64,000 bases of DNA from Pseudogymnoascus verrucosus (Eukaryota), in assembly GCA_001662655.1 (NCBI GenBank), contig KV460250.1; one strand, 5' to 3'. This document shows positions 14,562 to 27,063 of the stretch, one piece after another. The notes below the pieces were generated by a model that was not told the DNA's origin, ran no database searches, and worked only from the letters and a program-made list of their open reading frames with translations. A program made the position numbers and the translations under genes. Position 1 is the first letter of the stretch, and each line of letters opens with the position of its first letter.

Positions 14562-17500
14562 GAGAAGATGGAGGAGAGTTTGAAAAAGTATAGAAGATGA
14601 CAAGAGATGACGAATGGCTATGGTTGCACGTACGTGAAGACCAAGTGGTCAGTGATGCCAATTGTTCTAGGATGAGTCGAGGTGAGAGCGAGATCGGTCC
14701 AGATGGGGGCAGATTGTATTTATGAGAGTCGAGAGTGGACCCGGCGGGATACTATGTATATGTTGAAAGATGAGAAGGAGGAGAGGTTCCAAGAGATTCA
14801 AGATAGATCGAGTCTCAGAATAAGAAATGCTATTTTGGTGCCCTGGTTCGATTTAACTCTGGAGTTACAAGGCTCTTGGATATCAACAACGCCTCCGCCT
14901 CGATGAAGGTCCAGGGCTAGCAAGGCTTAAGTAGAATAAATGTGGATGGGGGGTAAAAATGTCAGCGGAGAAGTGGCATGGGAACGTTGTAGTGGAGTCG
15001 TGCAAGGCCATTCTAATGCCAGCCAGTTCAAGTTCATTGCAGCTCTGAGTGGAGGTCGACAGGGTCAGATAGGACGAAGCAAGACCCTCTGGCCCCCCTC
15101 CCTTCTCACCCACCCCCCTCCCAGTCTCCGTACTTTTTTTTGTGAACAAGCACAACGCCATAAAAAGTAGAAGCGAAGTAGCCACGAAGTAGCCATGGAA
15201 GGGATTTGCATGTCTGAAGAGGCACAAAGTAGAGCAAGAAGTACGTGCTGGGTACTCGGCGACTGAACTGGACAGAGGATTTGGAAGGGTTGGGCCGGGG
15301 TACCCAGCACGACGCATGCCAGCAGTGTAGGACAGAGCTAGGCACAAAAGTGTGGGTGGTGCAGTGGGTGATGGTGGATTCTTCTGCAGCCCACAAGGTA
15401 CAGTGGGTACAGTAAAATACCTACTATACTCCACAGTAAGGGTCACCGTTTCTCTAGCGCGCGTGCCCCATGTCCTTCCCATATTCCCGTTCGAGACACA
15501 CCAGGTTTATTATTGAAGCGCACTAGGAGGAAGACGGTATGGCCGGGTTGGTGTCGCCTCGCCTCGCCGACCCTTCCTATCCACCACCAACACGCCATCA
15601 CCACTTCCTCGTTCCCTGTAAGATGCTACCGAGAAGAAGCCCCTGGTGGCGCTGCCTGCTGTGCTAGATTCAAGGAACATGCCGTCTAATCTCCTTATCC
15701 GGTAGACGTTGCGCGGCTGTTTTGGCGACGTGAGTGTCCGAGCAGCGCCGCTGGTGATGACATGACACATCACGATGGATGAGTCCGCACTCTATTCTAA
15801 CAGGTGCCGAATTGTGGATATACAGCGTGATGGCCCCGCCGTGTTACTTCGGTTGTATGAAGGCCCACTCCCCCCGAGCCTCATCTAGCATCTCCGCGGT
15901 GCTGAAGAGCCTTGAGCCTTGCACGAGGGCCGCAGAGATGCAGGCGAGGCATCTCTCTCACCAAGCCCGGAAATCCATTTAGAGTGCCACTGGCGATGAG
16001 CAGGAAGGGCTTGGCAACGGGCGAATGCGCACTCAGGCACCATGCCCCAGGCTGGTTCCTGCAATAATACCTCTGTTCTGTTCACCACTAAATCTCACAA
16101 CCAAAAACAACATGCCTTGTCGTCGAAGGATCGTAATCCCTGAGTCTTGGGCCACACCCCTTGCACCTCACTTCTCGGTTATGATTGGCTTGAACACGAG
16201 AACCGCAGCAATTCAGTACATTCCGCAACGTCAAGGCCTTGTTCACCCCCTGTCTCCCCACCCCTTGCTCTCCCCTGCATCTCCTAGTTTATCCTCGAGC
16301 ATAACTCTCTCGCTTGCATTGTACAGTGCTGCATAATGCACTTGGCCCCCCCGCCGCCCTCTCCGCTGCGTTCCGTACCGACATCTTAGGCGCCACACCT
16401 AGACACACTGAGTACAACAGCATTCCAGAATAACGCTTTCTTCATGGCTGTGCCAAGAATGCCCCAATCATCTCCACGACCATTGTCAGAGAGGCCGCAG
16501 GCGCTTACACTGAGGCTTAGACTCTGTTCAGCGCGCGGTAAAACTTATCTTAGACTAACAATAACGACAATCATGCGCGCCAAAGATAGAGAGACAACAC
16601 CACGAAACGGGCCAGGGAAAGATGGAGACAAAAAAGACGGAGACGCCGTAGATCCCCAACAGCAGTTGTTGCCAGAAAGGGTATATGTTTCGATTCACCC
16701 GAATCCCGAGTCCAGCGGAGAGACTTCCTGCCACTCACATGACGGAACAACAAGGCTATCCGAGAGGGGGTTAGCGTTATGTGGGTTGGAGTCCGACTGG
16801 TCTCCCCCACCAATTTGGAATTCTCCAAATGATCAGCGTTGAGATGGGCAAACAGTACAAGCCGGCTCTGTTGTGCAACTCCGCACGCACGGGAGCCCCA
16901 AGAAGGCAGGCAAAAAGAATACTCCAAATGCACGTGGTGAAGTGTGGTATCATTGTTCTTCACTGGAATACCAGGGAGTCCCGCCGAGACATCGACGAGT
17001 CGTCACAACAATCCACAACAATCCAAGCCGTCCCATTCCACTCTCCCCGCAAGGATTCCTGAAACATCTAGTGAGATCTCCAGGAATGGAATGCCACATT
17101 GTTTTTGACAGATGTAATAATAACAACAACATCCATGGCGGCCCAGTAGATGGCCTTCGGCTCCGAGGTTAATCCCGAGAATTCACGAGGAGGAAGGAGC
17201 AACAACCCTAAAATTCCAAAATTAGCAACAGTAGTCAATAATGATTGGACAGACAGTCACTCTGCAGTAGTGCGGCACCAGCGATTAAGATTGCGCTGCC
17301 AAATTTGTCATCCCTGAGACACTCACTACCTATAAAGCAGTTAGCTTATAGCCCCAAGTATCTCTAGCTCGTTATAGCGTGCACGGTACATACCAACAAT
17401 AGAATTCTCACATCTTGCCCACTTGGAGCGGCAGTGGCTTGTCGCCAAAGCTCAATCTTGCCGCTTGACATTCCGGGAAGCGCGTCTAAAACCCGCCCCC

Positions 17501-18676
17501 CCAGGTCCACCAGGTTGCGTTTCGTTCTTATCCACACAGAGCCCGTGCAGACAGCTTGTCATAGAGCTGCTTCCAAAAATACATTTGCCCTACCCATCAG
17601 ACATGGATGGCATCGTCTACCCCTCACATCTACCCCCGTCAGCGATCATTTAGAAACGAAACAAGCCAAAATTGTGACGATAATAGAATCAATGTGATGG
17701 CCAATCTCTTCGTCTTGAATCCTTCTCATAGCGACGGCAGATGATCGAGTCGAGCACAGGCGATCCCTCCCCGATGCAACATGGATGCTTCTTGATATAG
17801 CTCCCCCCCCCTCTTCAGCCCGTCAGCACCTACCTCTACAGGACAGAAAGAGAGGACCAGGTTGAAGCCGTGCAGCCGTCTTAGGTGAGATTCTCAGCCA
17901 AGCTCGCGTCGGAGTCCAAGTCAGTCGGAGTGATAGGGCAAGAGATGAGATTCATCTATCTGCCACATGTGGTCAGATGGAGATCCAAGGTAGGGATGCA
18001 TTTAGACGACATAATGTGACACTCAAGGGTGTGTTTATTTTTATAACAGGATCGACTTCGGAGCTTAGCTTGGTAAGTTTGTTTGGTTTAATATCTTCAG
18101 AAGGACCCATCAAATTAATTTCCCCCATAAATATTCCAAGTTGAAAAACTTACACTGTGGAATTCACAACTTCGTTTGCTTCTGGGAGAGGATGCCAACC
18201 CCATGGACCATTGCTATACCTTTGCTGAACACTGACATGCTAGCAGTACGGTTCTATATGGTCGCGTTCATATTAACATCATATTTGTTGGCAATATGGA
18301 CTGGCGTGTTCTGGTTGTGAGTTAAAGTTTACCCCAGATAATAGCGCCTGAGGCTCCAAAGGCTCCAAATGTTCGTGCGTGATGTGATTGGCTAGAGGAC
18401 AAAGTTGACAACCGCCTTGCGGCTCACGGCCACTGGGTACCTCACTTTACCTAAGCGTCTACAGCCTCATAGAAACAAATTCAGTCTACAACATTCCCCG
18501 TCTATTCATTGGTGATATTGACCTCTCCTGCCGACTCTACGGTATTTTGAATCTCGATCTATCCCTTGTGACCTTGTTCCATCGCTCTTGCCTCGTTGGA
18601 ATCTAAGTTACCGACCGAGCAAGGAAGGCCAACCAGGCCGACACGCGATATCGACTCATCCGGCAAGATTTGTATT

Positions 18677-21600
18677 ATGAACGACGAGCAAGCACATACA
18701 TCCTCCAATCCTGACTCTGTGACCCCAGAGTCCGATACAGGACATACGCACCACTCAAAAGCTGCAACCTCTGGAGCGTCGTCCAATGATCCGGCCGCTA
18801 CTCCCACACTGGGATCGGCGCTGCCTCTCGCCATGGTAGACAACGGGCATGTCGAAGAGAATCCAAAAGGCGACAGTGGATTTAGGAAGACGGTGTCGAA
18901 ACCCCCGAAAAAAAGGGATCCCGAATGGCCTTCTGCTCCGCGGCGGCAAGGGCCGCTCAAGCTCCTGGATCTCCCTGTAGATGTGCTAAAGGAGATTGTA
19001 AGTGAGGTATGTAACGCCTTATCAAAACATATACTCTATGTGTACTAACGGTGTGCTGTCTTATAGATCACACATACGAATGACCTCACGGCTCTGGCTC
19101 TCACGCACTCGGCTCTCCATTGCCTTGCGATACCACACATCTACTCCCGATTCGACATCGTATGGCCCGATGCTACGTCGACATCTGATACAAGGACAGG
19201 AGTTGATGCATTGACTTATGGTCTGTCAACTCTGGTGATGTCTCACCGACTATACGAACCTTTATCTTTAGCTCAAGAGCCACAGCCACAGCCGTCAGAT
19301 GCTGATGCGTCAGGTTCACCGCCCCCTCCTGGCTCTAGGTTGCGGATAGGGAACAACTACTCTATGTATACGAGAAAGTTTTCGCTGGGCAATGGGCCAT
19401 CCGATTGGGTGCAGGACTATATGATAACGAAAGAGAGCGGAAAGATGCTTGGGACGCTGGTGGCTTTGGCAGTGGCCCGAATGGTTAATCTGGAGACATT
19501 CGTCTGGGATATGCCGACGGGAGTTCTGAGGGATGTCTTCTTATCCCTCTCCTCGCTGGAGCGAAATAATAAGCCTGGAGAATGCCGACTGGAGAAGTTC
19601 CTCGTACGATGGCATGATAACTCCCTGGACCAGCCCACTCCGCCTGGTGGCTCGAGCCTTACTGCCCCTGGTGGATCAGTTATACCTCCCAACTCTATCG
19701 TGACGTCTATAGGCATCCCGCTTCCTCAAGACAACATTCAGCATCCGTTAAACCCTCACTTCGTGAGCTCTAGGCCGGCCTCGTTTCACAATGCCGTTGA
19801 GCATCCCACGCTCTCCGTCTTGCCGCCCTTGAAGTCTCTGAGTGTGCTAGATATCGACGAGGTCTCTTATCTCGATGAGATGAGTGTTCTCATTGAGAGG
19901 TCGAAGGATCGCCTACAGGCGCTTCGTGTCGGCATAGCGCGAAAGGCATGTGAGCGCCCGTTCGTTATGCCCTGGGATTCAGTTGGCCTCCACCAAGTTG
20001 ACCACGATCAAACATGGCCTGGTGCCCAAAGTAAAATCGGGGATCTAAGGCTTGGTGGTGTGCTAGGCGTTATTATGGGGCGCGTGTTTGATATCCACAG
20101 AAGCACAAAGGCTCCAGTCGCGCTTAAATCGGAAGCCACGATAGTACCTGATGGCGGGCAAACAGATATGCTTAATGGCATAGAGGCCCTTAATCTAGGG
20201 GGTACGGCTGCCTCAGAAGCTGCTATCGAGCAACATTCCCAATTGATGGATATGGTCGACCAAGATATATCATCAACAAACGCACTTATTGAGGGCGCTC
20301 AGCTTCTTCCAGCGCATCATGTCGAGGACGAAAGCGACCCATCAAAAACCGATACGGAGCCTTTGATAAGTGATGCTGGGGATGCAGATCTGGGGGTTTC
20401 ATCAAACATCATTTCACCCGCCGTTGAGATCTCTCAGCTGAACATATCGCAACCCTACGGTGTTCCCGCGTCGGGGAACAGGCGGCCCTCGAAGAAAGGC
20501 GCAGCTTCTGAGAAGTCTGCCGACGAGTCTGGACCACCAAAACGGAAATTGCTCACAGGCAAGCTCCGGTTGCAGGTTCTTGAGCTCGAACGCGTACCTC
20601 TGTCAATATATGTCTTGCAGAAAGCATTCGACTGGACGACGCTCAAGTCGCTTACTATCCTGGACTGTGCATATCATGAGAGTCTCTGGAGAATGCTGCG
20701 ACGCCAGTTCCGGCCCCAGCTCGGCACGAACTCATCCAAAGCAACCCCTCACATGGAGTACCAGTTAAATTTGAAGCACATCCATACAGACATTGCAACG
20801 CCGTCGCTGATCTCGTTCCTGAAGGATACTCTCGCCCCGAATACTCTGGAGGTTCTGTTTCTCCAAGATCGCCGCCAGAAGACTAGTAGCTCGGTGACCA
20901 TTGATGCTATATACAAGGGACCTCTCAGAAGGCATCGGAAGAGTTTGAAGAAACTTCTCATCGATTCTTCTGATAGGATTCCAAGAGGTCCATCCGTATC
21001 GAGTGAGACCGCCCGCTGGAGAACGTGGATGCTGTCCAATGAGGCTTTGTCATATATTACAAGTGGGAATATGACTAGTCTCAAGGAACTCAGCGTCGCC
21101 ATTGACTATAGAGACTGGGTAAGCCTATAACCTGAATAACTTGAAACTCTTGCTAACGATTCCGCAGCATTTCTTTCTCCGCCGGCTTCCTAACATCCCA
21201 GGGTTACGATCCTTGAACATCCCTTTCATCGGCGACCACGTCACGCCTGCGTATGACCCGAAAGAGCTCGCGATGCAAGTCGTGGACATGATATTCCTGC
21301 GGCCAGAGATTGAGCTCTGCTACCTAGGCATCTCGAACAAGTGTTTTGAGATCCTGGAGAACCGTCCCGGAGACGAGAGACACTCAGGCGATGAGGCAGT
21401 GACAGCGCACGGCGAGCTAGGGGAGCAGATGACAGAAGACGAGGAAGATGAGGATGCTGAAAGCGATGCGGACGATGATGATGCCGAGAGCGAGGCAGAT
21501 GATGACGACGGGACGGCTACGGAGGCTGTCGAGACGGAAGGCGCTGAGTATGAGCTTTCTGAGGACAGTGACGAGTTCGACGGCGCTTCAGAGGTGGATT

Positions 21601-21698
21601 CGGATACGGAGGGCAACAGAACTGCGCTACGGCTGCGGGAGATCCTCTTCTATGACGACAAGGTGGCCATTTTCAAGGCGAGGCATATGCGGCTTTAA
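18677..21698 (+). CDS. F-box domain protein with acidic C-terminal tract, ~970 aa
   Basis: F-box-like LKLLDLPVDVLKEIVSE|ITHTNDLTALAL, LRR-like segments and a C-terminal LREILFYDDKVAIFKAR. Introns 19007-19066 and 21119-21167. Confidence 0.88.
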
Positions 21699-22771
21699 GG
21701 CGGGCACTGGGCGGTGTGCCGCCCTCTTCTGGTGTTTGTGTTTTTATCTATTTCAGGCAGACGTTTGCGAAGAAGCGGGCTTTTGGGAAGGGGGGGCGTT
21801 TTTTTAAGGACAGAGACGATTAATAGCATTGGAGACACATATATACATATGGTTTTATTGGGATGGGCAAATCCAGGTGTTTGCAACAGTGGTGGCGAGA
21901 TAGATCGCTGCATTAAAGGGGGAAAGTTATTGGGCGAGCGCTGGTTCGTTGCTGGGAGTCGATGGGAGGTCGATCGTCGATCATATTGCAATACTTTTTT
22001 GCTGCTGGCGATAGTTATTGTAGCTTCGATAGCTGTTGATTGGGAAACACCTTCGTCGCAAGGAGGTTCTTTTGGCAGGCTATGATTGAATGAATGAGTG
22101 ACTCTTTGTTTACACATGTACTTCACAGCTCACACAACCAGATATCCTTGTTCAACTCCCGTCCTTATTGTAGTGCCTAAAGTCAACAAAAGTACTAGCC
22201 ACCAGCGCGTCATGGCCCAAACCCAACCCCGAGCGTGAATCGCGACCCAATGATCTGGCGGGGTTACATGGATGGGGGGCTCAATTATTCCCCGAGGTGT
22301 GAGTGAGAGCTAGGCACGACACGAGCGCGGACAGGCAGGCGTTGTTGCTGCTACGGTGGGGTATCAGTCAGGCGGGGCCGTGCGGTATCATCGCATTCGG
22401 GAACAAGGGAAATCAAGAAACGCAACATATCTCTCTCTCCTTCTCCAACGACGACGACGTTTGCACACTCTGTCCTTAACCAGCTGACGCGTGTCGCCTT
22501 ATAATAAAGTCGCTTTGCTACGCTTTAGATACCCGCGATACCGTCTATCCTGTTTTTCTGAGCGTTCTTGAGACAGAGACATCGCTGAAGTTGGGTGAGT
22601 TGCCCGCGTGCCTGAGATGGAAGTGAAGCGCGCATAGAGTACATTTACTGACAACTACCGCGCAGACGAGATACAGTAAAACACACCTCCCACGCACCGT
22701 CGCGAACCTTTAATATACCACCCCCAACCCGCGAAACAGCCACCCGCAACCAACCCACCGCGCCCGCCGCC

Positions 22772-23224
22772 ATGGCGACCTTCTTCACCGACCTCATGAC
22801 CTCCATATTCACTCCGGGCCCCACATCCTCCCTCCTCCTCGCTACGAACGTCTCCTTCGCGGCACTACAAGTTACCTTCCTCGGGCTCCTGATCGCGACC
22901 TTCTCTATCCACTTCGTGGTGCTCTCCGTCCTGTGCGGATCGCTCTGGTGGGGTATCAACTGGTTTGTGGCTGAGCTGCTGGCGCATGATGCGGCGGAGA
23001 AGGAGAAGGCTAGGGAGGAGGCTGAGGCGATAGGGGAGAGCAGTGAGAGTGATACAGATGCGCAAACTGTGGTGGGGGTGAAAGGGGGGAGTGGGGTGGA
23101 GGTTAGGGAGGAGGTGGAGGGGTTGGTGAAGAGGGATTTGGCGGAGAGTCCGTTGAGGAGTAAGAGTGATGTTAGTACGGAGGATGAGTGGGAGAGGGTG
23201 TCGGATAATGAGAAGGATAAATAG
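22772..23224 (+). CDS. PKR1: ER V-ATPase assembly factor Pkr1
   Basis: N-terminal SIFTPGPT motif, two hydrophobic helices ending LWWGINWFVAEL, and a charged tail; GCCGCC-ATG-G context. Confidence 0.88.
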   Translation: MATFFTDLMTSIFTPGPTSSLLLATNVSFAALQVTFLGLLIATFSIHFVVLSVLCGSLWWGINWFVAELLAHDAAEKEKAREEAEAIGESSESDTDAQTVVGVKGGSGVEVREEVEGLVKRDLAESPLRSKSDVSTEDEWERVSDNEKDK

Positions 23225-23695
23225 GGGGTTGCCTGGAATAGCTGGAGGGAGGTGTGATGCTGGTTTCGTTGGTTACTGGGGGTTCTGATGTGCGTTGGGG
23301 AGTTTGGAATTAGATATCCTGGGCGCGATAGTGATGGAAGCTCGGTCAGTTGCACAGTTACACAGTACATAGTCTCGGTCTTCAACAGGCAATAAATCTA
23401 GATCCGTCATCCTTTGCGATCCAAATCCGTTCATACCTTTCATAAATCCCTACAACCTGGCTGGGTTTTGGGGAAACAGTCACGTGTAGCCTTGCGTCTT
23501 AAAGTCGACACCTCACATCCAAGGCGTCCACGAAGCCTAGCTCCAAAAGTTCGAGGATCGCGATCAGAGCCTCAACCTCGCACAATCCAGGCGGCGGCAC
23601 GACATACAAATTGCACGCGCCTCTTTCTCTCAGACCCACACAACCACGACTCACCATCTCGATAGCTCTGTCACGACCGACAGACCACTGTCAAG

Positions 23696-24306
23696 ATGAA
23701 GCTCGTTAGGTACGCCGCGCCTCCTCCAATTGCGGAGCTCCTCGTGCGAAAGCTCGGTGTAGCCTTGAGCTTGGATAGGACCTGTGGAGAGAGATACTAA
23801 CTCCGTTCTAGATTCCTCATGAAGTGCGCGAACGAGACGGTGACGATTGAGCTTAAGAATGGTAAAGCCCCCCCGTCCCCCAAATGTACCGCGCACCACA
23901 CAATGCACCACACCACACCACCCCCCCCTCACTCCCCGCAGACACACGACTAACACCACCACCAGGCACCATCATCCACGGAACCATCACATCCGTCTCC
24001 CCACAAATGAACACCGCCCTCCGCACCGTGAAGATGACCGCGCGCGGCCGCGATCCCGTCGCCCTCGACACCATCAACCTCCGCGGCAGCACGATCCGGT
24101 ACTACATCCTCCCCGACTCTCTGCCGCTGGACACGCTACTCATCGACGACGCTCCGAAGCCGAAGAACAAGGCACGCAAGGAGGTGGCTGATAAGGGGGG
24201 TGCGAGGGGTGGGCGCGGAGGACCGAGGGGAGGGAGGGGTGGGGGACGGGGTGGGGGTTTCAGGGGGGGCGGTGGAAGGGGGGGAGGAAGGGGGAGGGGG
24301 TTCTAA
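23696..24306 (+). CDS. SMD1: Small nuclear ribonucleoprotein Sm D1, ~134 aa
   Basis: Spliced product [60 protein letters not shown] with an RGG tail. Introns 23710-23811 and 23862-23965. Confidence 0.96.
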
Positions 24307-24534
24307 GTGGGGTATTGGAGATGGGGAGGGGGATTATAGGGAGGGATGGGTTCTGTATGGCCTTTGGGAGTGGGTGCATGGCAATGTTGTTCTGGCGTTA
24401 TTAGGGAAAAGAAAGGATGAGTCGACGCGCGAGAGGACTGGCAGATATGAAATGCAATCGTCCTTCCTACCACTCCGGGTCACCACACGCACACTTCACA
24501 GTGGACCCATATCCAAAGCCGACTTAACACGATT

Positions 24535-25317
24535 CTATTCACCCCCGCTAACCCTCCATATCCTAACCACAACCAACTTCTCCCACCCCCCCTTCTTCCC
24601 GCTGCTCCCTACCACCTCCGCCTCCCACCTCCCCCCTCCTTCCCACCCCCTCGCCCCCTTCATCACATCTTCTGGCTTATTCTGCGCACACAACAACACA
24701 AACGCACTCCCCCTCTGACTCAACACCCTCGGTATCTCCGCCAACAACCGGTCCGTGACTTCCATCCCATCCTTCCCCCCCGCGTAACTGAGCGCCAGTA
24801 GACGACTCTCCCGCTCATACGCGGCCTCCCTGTCGCTCGGGGCCTCTTTATCCCCATCTCCGTCTTGTAAGGCGGGTACGTCGGGGGTGGGGACGTAGGG
24901 GGGGTTGAAGACTAGGACGTCTATTGATCCTGACTTCACTGCGCTGGTCAAGTCCCCGACGCTGTTTCCGATGTACGTCCCCCCGGTTTCTTGTCCCGCC
25001 TCACGAAGCGCAACAGCAACAGTCTCCCCCGTCGCCCGACAGGCGTGTTCATTTATATCCACGCCCCATGCTAGGACATCTGGGCGCCCGAAGATAGTCT
25101 CGGCGTGTGCGGTGAGGAAGGCGAGGACGACGCCGGAGCCGGTGCCGATTTCGAGGATGAGGGGTGAGGGCGAGGTGGAGGGGGAGATGGGGAAGAGAGA
25201 CCGAAAGAGCGAAGTGAGGGAGGGAGAGGAGAACGTGTCGAGGAGGAGGTAGGAGTCCTCTGCTGGTTCGTAGATGTGTGTAAACGGGACGTGGGCAGTG
25301 TCTGGGGTGTCGAGCAT
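24535..25317 (-). CDS. MTQ2: HemK-family eRF1 glutamine methyltransferase (Mtq2/N6AMT1)
   Basis: Motifs IYEPAEDSYLLLD, SAM-binding LEIGTGSG, FNPPYVPT and AGGKDGMEV. The real ATG is at 25317 (MLDTPDT); no intron. Confidence 0.93.
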   Translation of the reverse strand: MLDTPDTAHVPFTHIYEPAEDSYLLLDTFSSPSLTSLFRSLFPISPSTSPSPLILEIGTGSGVVLAFLTAHAETIFGRPDVLAWGVDINEHACRATGETVAVALREAGQETGGTYIGNSVGDLTSAVKSGSIDVLVFNPPYVPTPDVPALQDGDGDKEAPSDREAAYERESRLLALSYAGGKDGMEVTDRLLAEIPRVLSQRGSAFVLLCAQNKPEDVMKGARGWEGGGRWEAEVVGSSGKKGGWEKLVVVRIWRVSGGE

Positions 25318-25645
25318 GGTTGCGCTTATGCCGTGCGCGACGGCGTGGTTGACGGTGTGGTGAGGTTCGGGAATATAGTTAAATCCCAAATATTTGTCTT
25401 TCAATTCGTATCGATCCGTCGTTTCAGTCGTATAATAATTATCCCTTCAACCACTTGCGCAATGTCCCCCCAACGTTGTCATCGCACCCCCACCGTCATC
25501 CCCGCAACTTTTCCCTCTCCCCCCACAGCCTCGCCACAAGGCTGACATCAACTCGAACCCCAAACCCATGAACCTCGGATCAACCGCATCACCACTACCT
25601 CCTCTCACCCACCTCCCACCACGTCCTCAAAACAAACAAAACACA

Positions 25646-26307
25646 ATGCGCACCCTCCGCCCCCTCCTCGCGCGCGCCGCAACCTTACAACCAGCCGGTC
25701 GCGCACCACCCAGCGCGCTGCTCCCGCCTATACCGTTGTATAGACGGCTGTTGAGGGCGCATCGGAGGTGTTTGCCGAGGGAGATGAGGGTTTTGGGGGA
25801 TGAGTATGTTAAGGGGGAGTTTAGGGCGCATAGGGAGGTGGAGAATCCGATGCATATTGTACGTCTACATTTTCCTTTGCCGTTGTACGATTTTGGGGGA
25901 TTGAATTGGGGAAATGGGGATTGGATGGCAGTTGAGGATTGGGATGGGGATGAGAGAGAAGGGAGAGAGGGGGGAGGCGGAACATGGGAGATGGGACAAT
26001 GGGAGAGCACCGGCTGACAAAATGGACAGATCGGCTTCCTAACAGAATGGCAACTCTACGCCCAAAAACTCGAAGGTTCCTCCTGGCAAGGCGAGGTCCT
26101 AGACAAAGCCAAGATCGATAAGATGAGCGGTACGTCTTCTCGGTCCCTTTGGGGGTCGCTGTGATGTGAATGGCCGGGAAGCTAATGTGCGGGCGGATAG
26201 ATCAGCAACTAGGGCAGCTGTACGAACTGATGAAGGCGACGAGGGAATTGGAGGGTGAGGGTGAGGGAGGAGAGTTGGGGGGAGAGGGAGGAGAAGGGAA
26301 GAAGTGA
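25646..26307 (+). CDS. SDH7: Succinate dehydrogenase assembly factor 3 (Acn9/Sdh7, LYR family), ~139 aa
   Basis: Spliced product [56 protein letters not shown]. Introns 25859-26029 and 26130-26200. Confidence 0.92.
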
Positions 26308-26631
26308 GGTGGTTTGAAGATGAGGGGGGTGTATTGATACCTTAGACGTGGGCGGGGTGGGTGTATTATATGTTGATAGCATTTAGAAGGGGGGTTGAAT
26401 CTGTATTGTATAGTGGCATGTGGGAAGGAGATTCAGTGTATTCTTCTATGATTCAAATATACACCAACAAATTCACACACACCGCGCATGATTCACAGCA
26501 GCCGCGGTATACAAAATAAACCATTAGACACCCCCACTCACATCCATTCTACTCGACAGAAACCTTATTTCAAAATATCATTAATATCATCATTCATCAC
26601 AAGCTATTATATATACAACCCCACCACAACA

Positions 26632-26928
26632 ATGTGCCAAGTCCAAACCCTCCACTCCCCAACCTGTCACCACACCTGGATGGAGATCACCACCCCCTGC
26701 GCCCCTGACATGGGTTTCTCAAACTGCTCTACCCTCGTCTTCGAATGCTCCGCCCGCGGGCCGCGAATCACGCACACGTGCTGCGCGCAGTTGTGTCCCT
26801 GGGACGGCGGTCGTGGCGGGGAATATTGTCTGAATACCACGCGCGTGGTGATAAGAGTGCGGCGTGGTGTCCATATCGGCCGGAGTCCGTATGGGAGGGG
26901 CGTTGATCTGATGTGGGCTGTTATGTGA
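26632..26928 (+). CDS. Small Cys/His-rich hypothetical protein, 98 aa
   Basis: TATATA ~25 nt upstream and ACAACA-ATG context. Sequence MCQ..CHHTW..C..C..C..CC..CPW..C shows the C-rich to G-rich polarity of neighbouring real genes. Confidence 0.6.
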   Translation: MCQVQTLHSPTCHHTWMEITTPCAPDMGFSNCSTLVFECSARGPRITHTCCAQLCPWDGGRGGEYCLNTTRVVIRVRRGVHIGRSPYGRGVDLMWAVM

Positions 26929-27063
26929 GGCCGGTGGCGGGATGGGAGCGGGGGCGACGAGGTGTGTAAGAATCGAAAGAGTCGTGTACAACAGTACTCC
27001 GCGTCCAATTTCAGCACCGCGCCAGGCGAATGCTTCTCATTTTCATTTGGAAGGGCGAGCCGT

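Noticed and set aside
17055..17975. Small imperfect palindromes near 17055-17087 and 17953-17984
   Set aside because: Stems of about 10 bp or less with bulges are expected by chance in 64 kb.
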